The translations under genes were made by a program, and so were the position numbers. A stretch of 64,000 bases of DNA from NCBI GenBank assembly GCA_965644295.1, contig CBFFRP010000108.1, forward strand, positions 248,001 through 312,000, read 5' to 3'. The notes beneath the pieces are model-generated. The model had not been told where the DNA came from. It was given only the letters and a program-made list of their open reading frames with translations, and made no database searches. Shown here piece by piece: positions 23,671-34,925 of the stretch; positions within the stretch are counted from its first letter, which is position 1; each line of letters begins with the position of its first letter. The stretch comes from Paraphysomonas bandaiensis (Eukaryota; Protista; Chrysophyceae).

Positions 23671-25968
23671 TTACATCATGTCACTGTTCTCGCTATCCTG
23701 TGCAGCGACTCTGTTCTCTTCCAACAGGCCGTTGCCTTCAACATCACCCTTAGCGTAGTCCTTGTAGGTAATGTCACCCTTCCAGTACTTCTCGTAACAG
23801 TACCAGGTGATGATGAGACCAATGATAACAGGGATGAAGCCATAGTAAAAGTGGTCCCAGTCATCATTACCAGCGATAAGAGGAGCTACAGTGAGAGAGA
23901 TAATGCTCATGAGTTTAATAAGGATGTTAAGAGCAGGGCCGGAAGTGTCTTTGAAAGGGTCACCGACAGTGTCACCGACAACACAGGCCTTGTGGGTATC
24001 TGTGCCCTTGCCACCGCACGCCTTCTCAATCTCAATGTACTTCTTGGAGTTGTCCCAAGCGCCACCGGCAGTGCTCATCATGATGGCAAGCATAGCACCA
24101 GAGGCGATAGATCCACCTAGAAGACCAGCGAGGCAGCGAGGGCCAACGAGAAAGCCAATAAAGAGAGGGGAAAGGATGGCATAAGCTCCAGGAAGGACCA
24201 TCTCCTGAACAGAGGACACAGTGCAGATCTCCACACAGCGCTCGGAATCAGGCTCAGCGGTGCCCTCCATCAAACCGGGAATAGTGTGGAACTGACGGCG
24301 GACCTCTTCGATGATGGCAGCAGCGGCCTTCCTGACGGAAAGCATGGTCAAAGCGGCAAACAGGTAGGGAAGCATAGCACCAAAGAGCATGCCAGAGAAC
24401 ACAATAGGGTCGCCCATGTTGATTTGGCCCTCAATATCAGCCTGTTTCTCGAAAGCAGAGAGAAGAGAAACAGCAGTGAGGACAGCAGAACCAATAGCAA
24501 ATCCTTTGCCAGTAGCAGCAGTAGTGTTTCCTAGAGCATCCAAAGCGTCAGTGGTGTCACGTACACGCTCATCGAGTTCAGCCATTTCAGCAATGCCACC
24601 AGCATTATCAGCAACAGGTCCGTAGGCATCAGTGGCAAGGGTGACAGCAAGAGTGGAGAGCATACCAACGGCGGCAATAGCAATACCGTACTCGCCAGCA
24701 AGAGCATTACAGCAAATGACAGTAAAGACAATCACAAAGATAGGACCAACGCAAGAGATCATGCCAACACCAAGACCCTGGATGATAACAGTGGCGGGAC
24801 CAGTGAGACCAGCATCGGTGATAGACTTAACTGGCTTGTAAGAGTAAGAGGTGAAGTACTCAGTCAACTCGCCAATAAGAACACCACAGAAAAGACCGAG
24901 GATGATGCATCCAAAGCATCTCCATCCATCAGATTGACGTCCAGGGAACAGACCCCAGCAGATAAAGATGGAGAAAACGATCACAAGGAATGAAGCGGAG
25001 TGGACAGCTTTGTGAAGAGCGTGAAGGAGGTCCTTCTGGGAAGCATCGTCCTTGGTAGACACAAACCAGTATCCAATCCAAGAGGAAAGCACGCCAGCAC
25101 CAGCCAACCAGAATGGAAGAGCCATAAGAGCAACGTCACCCTCAGCAAGAGTCACAGTCGCAATGATAGATCCAACAAAGGATTCGAAAAGGTCAGCACC
25201 CATACCAGCAACATCACCAACGTTGTCTCCGACATTATCGGCGATGACAGCGGGGTTACGGGGGTCATCCTCAGGAATGCCCTGTTCAACTTTACCAACA
25301 AGATCGGCACCAACATCGGCAGCCTTGGTGTAGATGCCACCAGTGACACGGGCAAAGAGAGCAATAGAAGAGGCACCAAATCCGAATCCAGCGAGAGACT
25401 CAGCCGCCCATTGGTATTTGACAGCTCTGTCGGGATAAGAGGCGGCGTCTTCGGAACTGATATCATCAGAATCCCGTCCGTAGCTCATGAGGATGAGGAA
25501 GATAGACACACCGAAGAGACCGAGGCCAACAACACAGAATCCCATGACGGCACCTCCAGAGAATGCAACACGGAGGGCAGCATTGAGTCCCAGCTTATCA
25601 GCAGCATGGGTTGTACGAGTATTTGCGTCGGTTGCGACAACCATACCGACCCAACCAGCAGTAGCAGACAAGAGGGCGCCAGCAATGAAGCACCCAGCAA
25701 CTCTGATACCGTCGGTGTCATCAGTGCGAGTGGAAGAAACAGAAAACATCAAGAGGAGGATAGCAGCAACACACAAAACAAAACCAGTGAGGTACTTGTA
25801 TTCGGTAATAAGAAAAGAGCGAGATCCAGCAGCAATAGAGTCAGAAAGCTTCTGCATTTTCTCACTGCCTCTATCGTATCCCTTAAGCTTCTGTGTAAGG
25901 TACACACACATTACGATAGAGATGGCGGCACCAACGAGAGAAAGAGCGACAATCTCGTCGACTCCCAT
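23671..25968 (-). CDS. Membrane-bound cation-translocating pyrophosphatase, K+-dependent type
   Basis: 765 aa with many TM helices. Motifs [84 protein letters not shown] and [18 protein letters not shown] probable 5' UTR intron lies at about 25974-26037. Confidence 0.98.
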   Translation of the reverse strand: MGVDEIVALSLVGAAISIVMCVYLTQKLKGYDRGSEKMQKLSDSIAAGSRSFLITEYKYLTGFVLCVAAILLLMFSVSSTRTDDTDGIRVAGCFIAGALLSATAGWVGMVVATDANTRTTHAADKLGLNAALRVAFSGGAVMGFCVVGLGLFGVSIFLILMSYGRDSDDISSEDAASYPDRAVKYQWAAESLAGFGFGASSIALFARVTGGIYTKAADVGADLVGKVEQGIPEDDPRNPAVIADNVGDNVGDVAGMGADLFESFVGSIIATVTLAEGDVALMALPFWLAGAGVLSSWIGYWFVSTKDDASQKDLLHALHKAVHSASFLVIVFSIFICWGLFPGRQSDGWRCFGCIILGLFCGVLIGELTEYFTSYSYKPVKSITDAGLTGPATVIIQGLGVGMISCVGPIFVIVFTVICCNALAGEYGIAIAAVGMLSTLAVTLATDAYGPVADNAGGIAEMAELDERVRDTTDALDALGNTTAATGKGFAIGSAVLTAVSLLSAFEKQADIEGQINMGDPIVFSGMLFGAMLPYLFAALTMLSVRKAAAAIIEEVRRQFHTIPGLMEGTAEPDSERCVEICTVSSVQEMVLPGAYAILSPLFIGFLVGPRCLAGLLGGSIASGAMLAIMMSTAGGAWDNSKKYIEIEKACGGKGTDTHKACVVGDTVGDPFKDTSGPALNILIKLMSIISLTVAPLIAGNDDWDHFYYGFIPVIIGLIITWYCYEKYWKGDITYKDYAKGDVEGNGLLEENRVAAQDSENSDMM

Positions 25969-26516
25969 GTTGCCTGCACCACATCATTGAACGATAAAGT
26001 TAGCAATCAATGAAACAGTGTGTATATATGCACATACAGGGGAAAGTATCATAGTTTTCCTTGGAGCAGAAATCCGACTTGGAATCACCAAGTCCATCCA
26101 GGGTGTAGGTCATTGTTCAATAGTCGATGTCAAAACCAGCTGTTTCCGCAATGCAACAATTGTTTGTGACAACCCAAACAAATGGTATATATGGTTGCAA
26201 TAGATTGTTGATTTTGTCAGGTGATAGAGAGCAGAGCCACAAGATTCAAATCAATTGCGAATGTGTGGTTGCAATATGGCGATAGCATCTTTAATAGACA
26301 CTTTTTTCAGTTTGGTAGTTGTGTTGTTTAGTAACAGCTCGACTGTGTGTGTTTGGGTCGAGGGTCCAATCTATGGACATGTAGGGATAGAAATACCGCT
26401 CCAGACTACAGCAGTGTGATGTGGAGTCAGTTGAGTGAAAAATACAGAGGAATACAGCACTATACGAGATGGGAATACATTATATAGTTATCCTATTGCA
26501 AAGTGCTGCATATGGT

Positions 26517-26562
26517 GTGTATGTATATGTATGTGTATGTGTATGTGTGTGTGTGTGTATAT
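26517..26562. repeat. (TATG)n/(TG)n microsatellite between the divergent PPase and presenilin genes
   Basis: gtgtatgtatatgtatgtgtatgtgtatgtgtgtgtgtgtgtat. Similar tracts occur at about 2537-2577 and 63980-64000. Confidence 0.8.
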
Positions 26563-26636
26563 GCGCATGTACGCATCACTGTAGCGTAGCTCCACTGGAC
26601 TGACCCTCATATCTGACCCTCATATAGATATAGAGC

Positions 26637-28832
26637 ATGCCGAGCAGTCGAAGGAGCTCGGTGTTTAATCCAGAGTATTGGTGTGACTCTGAATGTGAAA
26701 CCAGAACACTGATTGATTTCTCTGGTCAGCCTGAGCTCGATATTAATGTAAGCCCGCCCACACCCACCTCTACATACACATACACACATACACTCAGCTG
26801 TTATCGGTGTGATATAATCAGAATATAATTCACAGGAAGTTGTTTATGCATTAAACGCATTCTGGGCGACACTAAAGCCTGTGGCTCTGTCTCTGCTGCT
26901 GTCAAGGTCGCTCATCAGCTTGCTCTGCAGATGTATATAATTAACTGTATGATTAGTTTGGCTGTTATATATATACAATCTGAGGCGACGAGACAAGACA
27001 AACAGAGCGGTTTAAAGTATGTTAATATTACAGTTATTTTTATCAATGTATAAGTATACTGTACTGATATCAGAGTATACGACATCAGTGATGATGACGC
27101 AGTCACTGATGACGAAGGCGGAGATTCTAATTCTCAGAAACTTGGAAAGTCTCTCATTAATGCTATCGTTATTATTTGTGTCATTGCAACCTTCACATTT
27201 GTACTGGTGTTCTGTTATTGGATGAAGTGTATGAAGGTTTGTGTGTGCTGTATTCGTATAATGTGAACTTATCGTCTGATTACCTCTAGTTTCTCCTTGG
27301 CTACATGATATTTAGCTCAGGCATATTGCTCTCTTTACTGGGAGGCATTATATGGTACACCGGTGAGCGCTTATGTATTGGCTATACTAGTGTTAATTTT
27401 TGGATGTGGTAGCACTCATCAAATGGGAACTACCGTGTGACGCTTACACATTCTGTATTGTTTTGTACAACTTTGCGATAGTCGGAATTATAGCTATTTT
27501 CTATCAGAAGGTAGTAGCTCTAAGTATTTTGGATATATGTGTTAAATTGTTTGTTCAGGGTATACCCACGGTGGTAACACAGTCCTACCTAGTGTGCACA
27601 AGTGTTATACTGGCATGGCAATTGGCTAGGTATGGGCTTCCCGATTATTCCTTATTTCTGTGTGATGACAGTCGATGAACTTCATTTGCTATATAGATAG
27701 ATGCCATTTAATATGATATTGCCAGATGATTGCTTGTGTATGTCAGACTGCTCTGTATAATTATGAAATTTTGTCGACTGTAGATTTGACGAGTGGACAT
27801 GTTGGGCTTTGCTCTTGATGCTTGCTCTCTACGACCTCTGTGCCGTGCTTACTCCTTGTGGTCCACTGCGTATGCTGGTCGGGCTTATGCAGGAGCGCAA
27901 CGAACCCCTTCCAGGTCTGCTCTACGAAGCGAATCTACCACAGCCTCAAGACTACTCGGTGAAAGAGTCCTCAAATCCTCCGTCGCGGTCATATAATCCT
28001 CCGGATGATGCGTCCGATGGATCCACCTCCGGTCGATCTGAAAATTCTGACAAGTGTCTCATTCCGTCCCCAATGTCTCTGGGAGTGGGTATTGGAATGG
28101 GATCGCTCGCCATGATGATGACTGACTCCTCAGATCACACACCAGCAGGTGAGTTTTCCTCTGTACCATGTGTATCACTACGTATATAATGGAAACTTTC
28201 TACGACTGTACGCTTTAGCCCCTGCGGAAGGGAAAGTGTCTTCAAATACTTCGGATGGTGGTGATATGGAATCATCTGGTCATGGTCTGCTGAGTCGCAG
28301 TCAGCAGCAACGTTCATCAGGAAGTATGGGCCACACGGTTGACCTCAGAAGGAGAGACCCAGAGAGCCTAGCAGCGGCCTCAGCAGCCAATACCCTGGAC
28401 CTCTCACAGGATGATGAGTTTGATAAAGGTTCTTCATGTTGCATGCAGTAATGTTGTGTGTAACTACTGTGTGTGTTGTGTTCTTGGCGGCACAAATAAC
28501 GCGAAATTTGTAGATCATTCTATTAAGCTAGGACTTGGAGACTTTGTTTTTTACAGTGTTCTTGTGTCACGAGCCGCCACATATGGTTTCACCACCTTTA
28601 TGTCATGTTACCTCGTCATTTTAGGGGTAAGTAAGGTGTTTTACTTGAGTCACTATTCATATTTTACCGTGTCTAGGGACTGGGAATGACTTTGGTTCTT
28701 CTTGCCGTGTTCCGCAAAGCTCTACCTGCTCTACCCATCTCTATATTTTTGGGGATTGCGTTTTATTTGTGTACCCGGTTTTTCATTGTGCCATTTGTCG
28801 AAGCCAGTGGAAGTATTCCAATATACATGTAA
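26637..28832 (+). CDS. PSEN: Presenilin (gamma-secretase catalytic subunit), multi-exon
   Basis: Catalytic motifs LALYDLCAVLTPCGPL and KLGLGDFVFYSVLV, C-terminal KALPALPISI, stop TAA at 28830-28832, GT-AG introns. Confidence 0.95.
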
Positions 28833-30057
28833 CGTGAGATGAAATGAAATAATCATTAGTTGCTTCTAGAATGCATATTATACTTTAAAGCCGTTATTCT
28901 AGTAATAGATAGCTGGTTCATGCGGCAGATGTATATTAATGCACTATTAACATTTGAAAAGACTAACTTATCGTAGTTTATATCATCAATATTCTTAGAT
29001 TGTGGTGGGAGAATTATGCTTTTCAATGATTCACTGTGATAATTATTGTTAACATTCCCGTATAGGATACTGAGCTGTCGCTGGAGTGAAAGGTTGGCGT
29101 GATATAGTATACAGCTGCAATATATGCTGCATACTTCACTATACAGCTGGTGTATAGTATGCAGTGTAGTGTGGACAGTAGCTACAGTATGACAGCAGTA
29201 TGCAAGAGTATACTACTATATACGGTGTATGATGACAATGCGATGTAAGATACGTACAGTCTAAGATTGGTGAAGGATAAGGATTGGTGTAGGTATTAGG
29301 TATATAGTCTGTAATACAGTTAGACAGATAGTCATTACTATCCAGGGCTGTGTAACAATTAGTTGAAATTAGCAATAAAAATTGCAATTTTTTTGAGCGA
29401 TTAAATTGCAATTATTAGTGATAGCTCGCGCGATTATAATTTCAATTTAATAGCCAACTATTAGCTGCTCGTTACAAGCACGAATAGCATCTTCAACTAT
29501 TCTTGGATTTCATAGAAGTCTATTAAAGCGCAAGAACATATAGTTGGGTAAAAAACACTCTTGAAAAGGATTCTGGTGATAAATTGCCAGAAATTTCTAG
29601 ATTAATGATAATATATACTACATAATATATATTATACACAATTGTAAATTATAATTATATAATCGAGTAAAGTCTTTCAAACAGGAAAAAATATGTAAAA
29701 ATATTTACATGACCAAAACTCTAATATCCATGATTTCGACTGCATAAAACAGTAAAAAGCCCTGATAATACCATGTGCATACCACTGCACGTCCCGTTCG
29801 TAGTGAACTTCAATCCTGCAGTGTCCTGAACGGCAGGATCGGTAAAAATATGATTGCCAAACTACTTATTGATATCTTAAAACTAGAAGGGTATTGAGCA
29901 TCACATAATATACGCTATACGCTATGGATCGAGCTGAACATAGTCTTATAGCTCAAGGTCAAGAGGAAAGAAACGTTATCGACCGTACAAAGAAACAGTA
30001 TCTTTCAAAGTGAATATAAACTTATAATGAGAGGCCAACCTTCCCACCATTATAATA

Positions 30058-30105
30058 ATAGTCATTAAGGGTGATAGTTATTAAGGGTGATTGTCACTAA
30101 AGGGG
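30058..30105 (+). repeat. 16-bp tandem repeat, 3 imperfect copies
   Basis: atagtcattaagggtg / atagttattaagggtg / attgtcactaaagggg. Confidence 0.7.
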
Positions 30106-30476
30106 CAATAAATGGCCATCGTCTTTAATGTTTTCCACGTTTTAATTCTAATATTATGTCCTTATATATATAATATATACTACTATAAAGTAAATGTCCT
30201 CGTTTTCTTTTGTTGGATGACCACTTATTAAGTATGTGCATACTCCTCATTCTTCAGTTTAATCACGTACACGCAACATATATATCAGTAACTAGCGTGT
30301 CTGAAAATCTACGCATTATTGATATTTGTCCCCTACTCATTTTCCTCAAAGTTGCTTCGCTTGGCTTCTCCGGAATAGTTATATTCGACCCAATGAAATG
30401 TTGTAGCATATATATATGGCATGTGCTATAATATAATATATTCTTCTGTACAATACGTCAAATACCATGGGACCCT

Positions 30477-31189
30477 ATACCACACCTCAAGTTGAAAGAT
30501 ACTGGACCTGTCAACTCACCGCATCGCAACTCTAGCAAATGCCTTCGGCCGTAACATTTCCACCTCGCTACTCGACCATCACTTCCACAAATTAGAAAAA
30601 TCCGTCACCAAGATTCTGCTCCCTCTCTATACAATGGAGGGATAAACATGCTCAAAAACAGAGGCTGCAGACATCACAACATCGATGTGACAACAATGAC
30701 ACAACCCTCGACTCCTGCCAGCTTACAACCACACCGCACACACACTGCCACCAACCCGACATCTTCCAGCTACTTCAAGTAACATCCACCCCTCTATAGA
30801 GAGCCACGCCCCCCACGCGTCCTCGCTCCCAACACAAACATGCCAACCCGTTCCGGAAGCAAACGATCCTCACCACACCTAACGAATCTCCCTGACACGA
30901 ATGGAAATCCCAGACCCTCTCTGTCACCGAATCACACTCACGAATCATACCGTACCCCCCATATCCCGGCTCACATGCGGTTCCGGACCACCAGAAACAT
31001 TACCCAAAGGAAGACCACCGGACTAAGTCCAATACAAGGGATGGTTGCACCAAGGTGCTTGCAGCAATACACAAGCAGTCCCGAGTATTTAGTAATCGGT
31101 GCTACTACTACTAGTCTAAAGTCGTAGATATAGAGATAAATACAGTAGTTCTCTCATGTAGTAATCAGATCTTTATATATATAGTTATA
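30477..31189 (+). mobile_element. 5'-truncated, decayed LINE copy (subfamily B)
   Basis: Translates to TPQVERYWTCQLT (subfamily A has IPQVERYWTGTIT) and ends LPKGRPPD*. The 3' UTR carries the related core ggttgcaccaaggtgcttgcagcaatacacaagcag. TSD GGACCCT at 30470-30476 and 31190-31196. Confidence 0.88.
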
Positions 31190-31326
31190 GGACCCTGCAC
31201 TATTTCAGGTGGGTTCCAATAAGGTGAAACAATAGAGACTCGATTTCTAACTGACACCGGAGTGGCAGCTATAGTAGATGAGATGTATTCTTCATATATA
31301 TATTATGGCGTACAGAGGGGCTTGGT

Positions 31327-31415
31327 CCCTCAACATAGTCGGACTCGCACCTTTTCAAGGTGTTCTGGGGGGATAAGAAGTACCGCAGACGCTTCTTCGG
31401 GAAACTATCGTGAGT
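31327..31415 (+). ncRNA. HDV-like (Pr77-type) ribozyme fold, copy 2
   Basis: P2 ACTCGC/GTGAGT; P3 ACC/GGT with 7-nt loop TTTTCAA; P1' GTTCTGGG; AGTA-P4(CCGCAGA/TCTTCGG)-GAA; J4/2 ACTAT. Confidence 0.55.
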
Positions 31416-31873
31416 TGCATAATAATATAAAAACTTAAATTGACATTTTCAAATTTTCACCAGGTTTTGACCGTTTCACCAGCAGAAGGTTTGGTTATCA
31501 AATCGACTAATATGTAGGACATGGTACTAGTAGAGGAACACTTCTATAAAAGTAGCACTTGTGTAGACGTCTTAAGGCCCTGACGAATACACAGGCACCC
31601 GGGAATGGGCCCACCTCAATGGTTAGCGGGGTTTTGGGTTTTGTTGCCTGCTGAAGTTAAGTATCCGGGAAGTTCACCTTCTTAAGGACTCAACAACCCT
31701 GAAGTCAATTGATGTCAGGTATATCAGCATTCTGCTTTCTCACTGCATTTGCTTTAATTGAGTGATTGATGTCGAGTTCGAGTTCACATTATTCGGCATC
31801 TGTGTGGCCAGTGACCGAGGTAATGCTGCGTCGAATTTTCCTCATGGATGCATGGCAATAATGGCAATGTGAT

Positions 31874-32078
31874 TAGATATACATAAAGATCTGATTATTA
31901 CATGAGAGAACTACTGCATAATTACTTTAGACTAGTAGTAGTAGCACCGATTACTAAATACTCAGTTGTCTCAGGTCTGCTTGTGCATTGCTGCAAGCAC
32001 CTTGGTGCAACCATCCCTTGTATTGGATTTAGTCCGGTGGTCTTCCTTTGGGTAATGTTTCTGGCTGTCCGGAGCCAC
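31874..32078 (-). mobile_element. LINE subfamily B 3'-end fragment nested in the non-autonomous element
   Basis: The reverse complement matches 30971-31180. It is flanked by ATGTGAT at 31867-31873 and 32079-32085, a TSD that overlaps a 5'-junction microhomology. Confidence 0.88.
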
Positions 32079-33734
32079 ATGTGATGTCTTACCACATGTC
32101 TACTGCCTAGTCTTGGTTCCTACGGGCCCAGGTCATTAAGATTCCAAGAAGGCTCTGGCACTGTTCTCCAAGTCAGATACAATTGTCGTAATTATTTTAT
32201 GTTATTTTTAGTAGGCTTTCATCCATGCGGGGAAGTTCACGGTTCCCTACTAGCGTAAGTCACTCGGGAGTAGAGTGCAAAAGGTGGATGCATGTGCGGG
32301 ATGAGTGCACACAATGGAGGGAAGTCATTGGAGTCAGCTTGAATTTGTAACAGATTTTGGTAGACATCTGTTTCATGCTTCAATAAAAAATATTGAACCA
32401 GTGAGACCGTTTTGTGAACGTGGGAGGACCCGGCGCTAGAGCTACTCTATACCTGTTGCTGTGAACACCTCCTTGTAAGGCTTTAAAGATCAGCCGCATA
32501 TAAAAGAGACACATGTCGAAGACGCCGACCACAAGTTGTTTGTGTTAGGACAACAAGTAGATTGGACAGGAGCATATGATCCGGCTCAAACACACAACTC
32601 TCGTCATATGCCCTTATAGCTAACTAAATTGCGTTGTATAGTTGAGCACTTGTCGGTGCAATAGTAACTAAATGAGAGTAACATAACTTACGTTATGCTT
32701 AGTGTCGCGCAAGTTGTTAGGTTGGTTGCGGCAGCGCACAAGCTTGCGCTTTTTAATAATTACATATTCAATACAGATACTGATATACTGATTATAATGT
32801 TTACTAAAAATGATTATTATCCTAGTGTCAAACACTGATATCATTTTCTTCTATATCAATATCTCGAGACTGACTTCACTGGTGTTACGATGTTGAGTTC
32901 AAGGAACCCTCTACAATAGACAATAGACCATTTGGCAATAAGAAAACTATATAATAATATGAGTCTTTTATAACAATATCGTTTTTCTTTCTGCTAAAAC
33001 ATCTAATAGATATCCTGTTTTGCTCAGGATATCTTTGGGTATACTTTTAAATACAAATATTTTAAGTATAGAAATACTCTGTATAATATATAATACCCAT
33101 AAAATTTTACCTTTCTGTCAAGTTTAAGCACATCTCTTATGTATAATGTAACACATGGGTTATGTATTTCATTTTATTTCGCACGATTACAGAGGTATAA
33201 ACATATTTTATTTTTTCTTCATCATCTTGTGCATGTTACTGTCAGCATTTTGCATTATCACGATACCACTTTTCTCTAATTCTATACCTGTTTGCACTAT
33301 GGAGTGCAGGGCAGGTGTTTAATTAATAGCATCATTGCAGGGCTAGAGCACACTTTGACTTGATCTTTAAAAGGACTTATATTTTTAAACACCAAATACG
33401 ATCCAGAAATCGTGAATAATAACCACGATAGAGATATCTTCATAACACAGCATCATATATGCAGTCACGAAGAATGAATTATACTGCTAATATACTGGTA
33501 GTGATATCCTTCTCACAAAGCCAACATAAATACCATTGTCTTCTTCATTGGTCAATGAACGCAATGCACGATCAACTCAGAGACCAATTCTAATTTAAGC
33601 ACTACACACTCAAACAATCACTATAAATACCTCTACGGACACCCTTCAGTGAAAGCGTCGACACTGGTAAATATATGCCCCTTTGCCTCAATGATACGCA
33701 ATACATACCTCACCCCAAAATCATTTCCATTCCG

Positions 33735-34430
33735 TTATTTTATATCTTCTTGAGGAAGATTCTTGAAGTAAACTTTTGCGCTACCAGTAGAGGTTTCACG
33801 GTAGCCCTGCGACTCATACCATCGTTGAGCATATACATTAGCCGTCTTCAGAGCACAAATTCTAATACCCTGTTCCTGAGCCCACCCCTCGGCTGCTCGC
33901 ATCAAAGCCTGTCCAACTCCTCGTTTTCTCCACAACGGCGCGACACTTACCCTCCATACTGTGCAAATGATGTCGTCGGTCAATCCGATACCCGAAAGAG
34001 CACTTGAAAATGATGAGGCTGAATCTTTCTGTATAGCTACAATACCCACGATAGTATCCGGATATTCCATATGAGGCGGACACTCCGCTCTTGGTGCAAC
34101 AGCTACAAAAAAGGCACTTTCTCCTTCTTTACACCAGCTTCTGCGTATGTCCCTCATGTCCCCCCATATGATATAGACGACTGCCACTATACCCATAAGG
34201 CACCCCATACAGCACCTAGATAAACACCCCTCTGCACTGATAACTGTTTGCCAGAAGCCGAATAACCATAGTTTAAATATCTTCCATTCATCAGAGTAGA
34301 AACACTGAGAGTGTGATTAGCCGCATGACACACACGTATGACCGTTACGGCGATATGTTACCTGTGTAGACGACCTCTCGGCTGGGATACTGCTCAGTTC
34401 CAGCACTGTAATTGCCTTGGAGCTAGACAT
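33735..34430 (-). CDS. GNAT-family N-acetyltransferase (NAT8/camello-like, with hydrophobic segment), 2 exons
   Basis: Motif A RVSVAPLWRKRGVGQALM and motif B TANVYAQRWYESQGY. The first exon MSSSKAITV...STQ splices in frame. Confidence 0.85.
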
Positions 34431-34925
34431 GGTGCGGTTGACTGATAGTGGGACTCTAGAGGGGCTGTCTGTCCCTCTATATGAGCGACACAGCAGTGTA
34501 TAGAGATGCCTGCATCAGCTCCATGCGGAGATTTTTATGCTTCAAAAAACACCCATTTTATAGATATGTTGAGTGAAAAATCGTACCATTCGTAGTATGA
34601 AGATATCTAGATATCGGGATATATTGCTGTACAGTACATTCTGCTTCGTAGATACTAGAATATTTAATGAAAAATGCCGATTTTTTTAACCTATTTTCAG
34701 TATGTTATGACGGGGCACACACATCACTGGATGGATCTGAACCCATCGGATCCCCACAACCCTCAACAACACGATCACATTAACACACACACGCAGAGCA
34801 TATTCACCAGACGATTTCATTGCCTCACCAGCATCGTGCTGCACCAGTGCCTAAGATGCCATATCATTGCAGGTCAATAGAATGCTGCAATGACAGCCGT
34901 TGGATGCAACTGTCTGATCATATAG

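Larger units (their letters stand above)
31327..32775 (+). mobile_element. Longer non-coding element with the HDV-like head, interrupted by a nested LINE-B 3' fragment; 3' end approximate
   Basis: Starts CCCTCAAC like the 56255 copy. The body is collinear with 38660-38994 (-) and 39555-39950 (+) and resumes after the insertion (gtcttaccac). A degenerate tail hairpin ttgcggcagcgcacaagc occurs at about 32726-32743. Confidence 0.75.

Noticed and set aside
23653-26013. Numerous long plus-strand ORFs (up to 337 aa)
   Set aside because: Antisense shadows of the codon-biased PPase gene.
30058-30105. Short direct repeats as a CRISPR-like array
   Set aside because: Contiguous 16-mers with no spacers, no cas genes and a eukaryotic context.
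30970-32085. About 200-bp inverted repeat resembling a MITE or composite transposon
   Set aside because: Both arms are LINE-B 3' ends with separate TSDs (GGACCCT and ATGTGAT).
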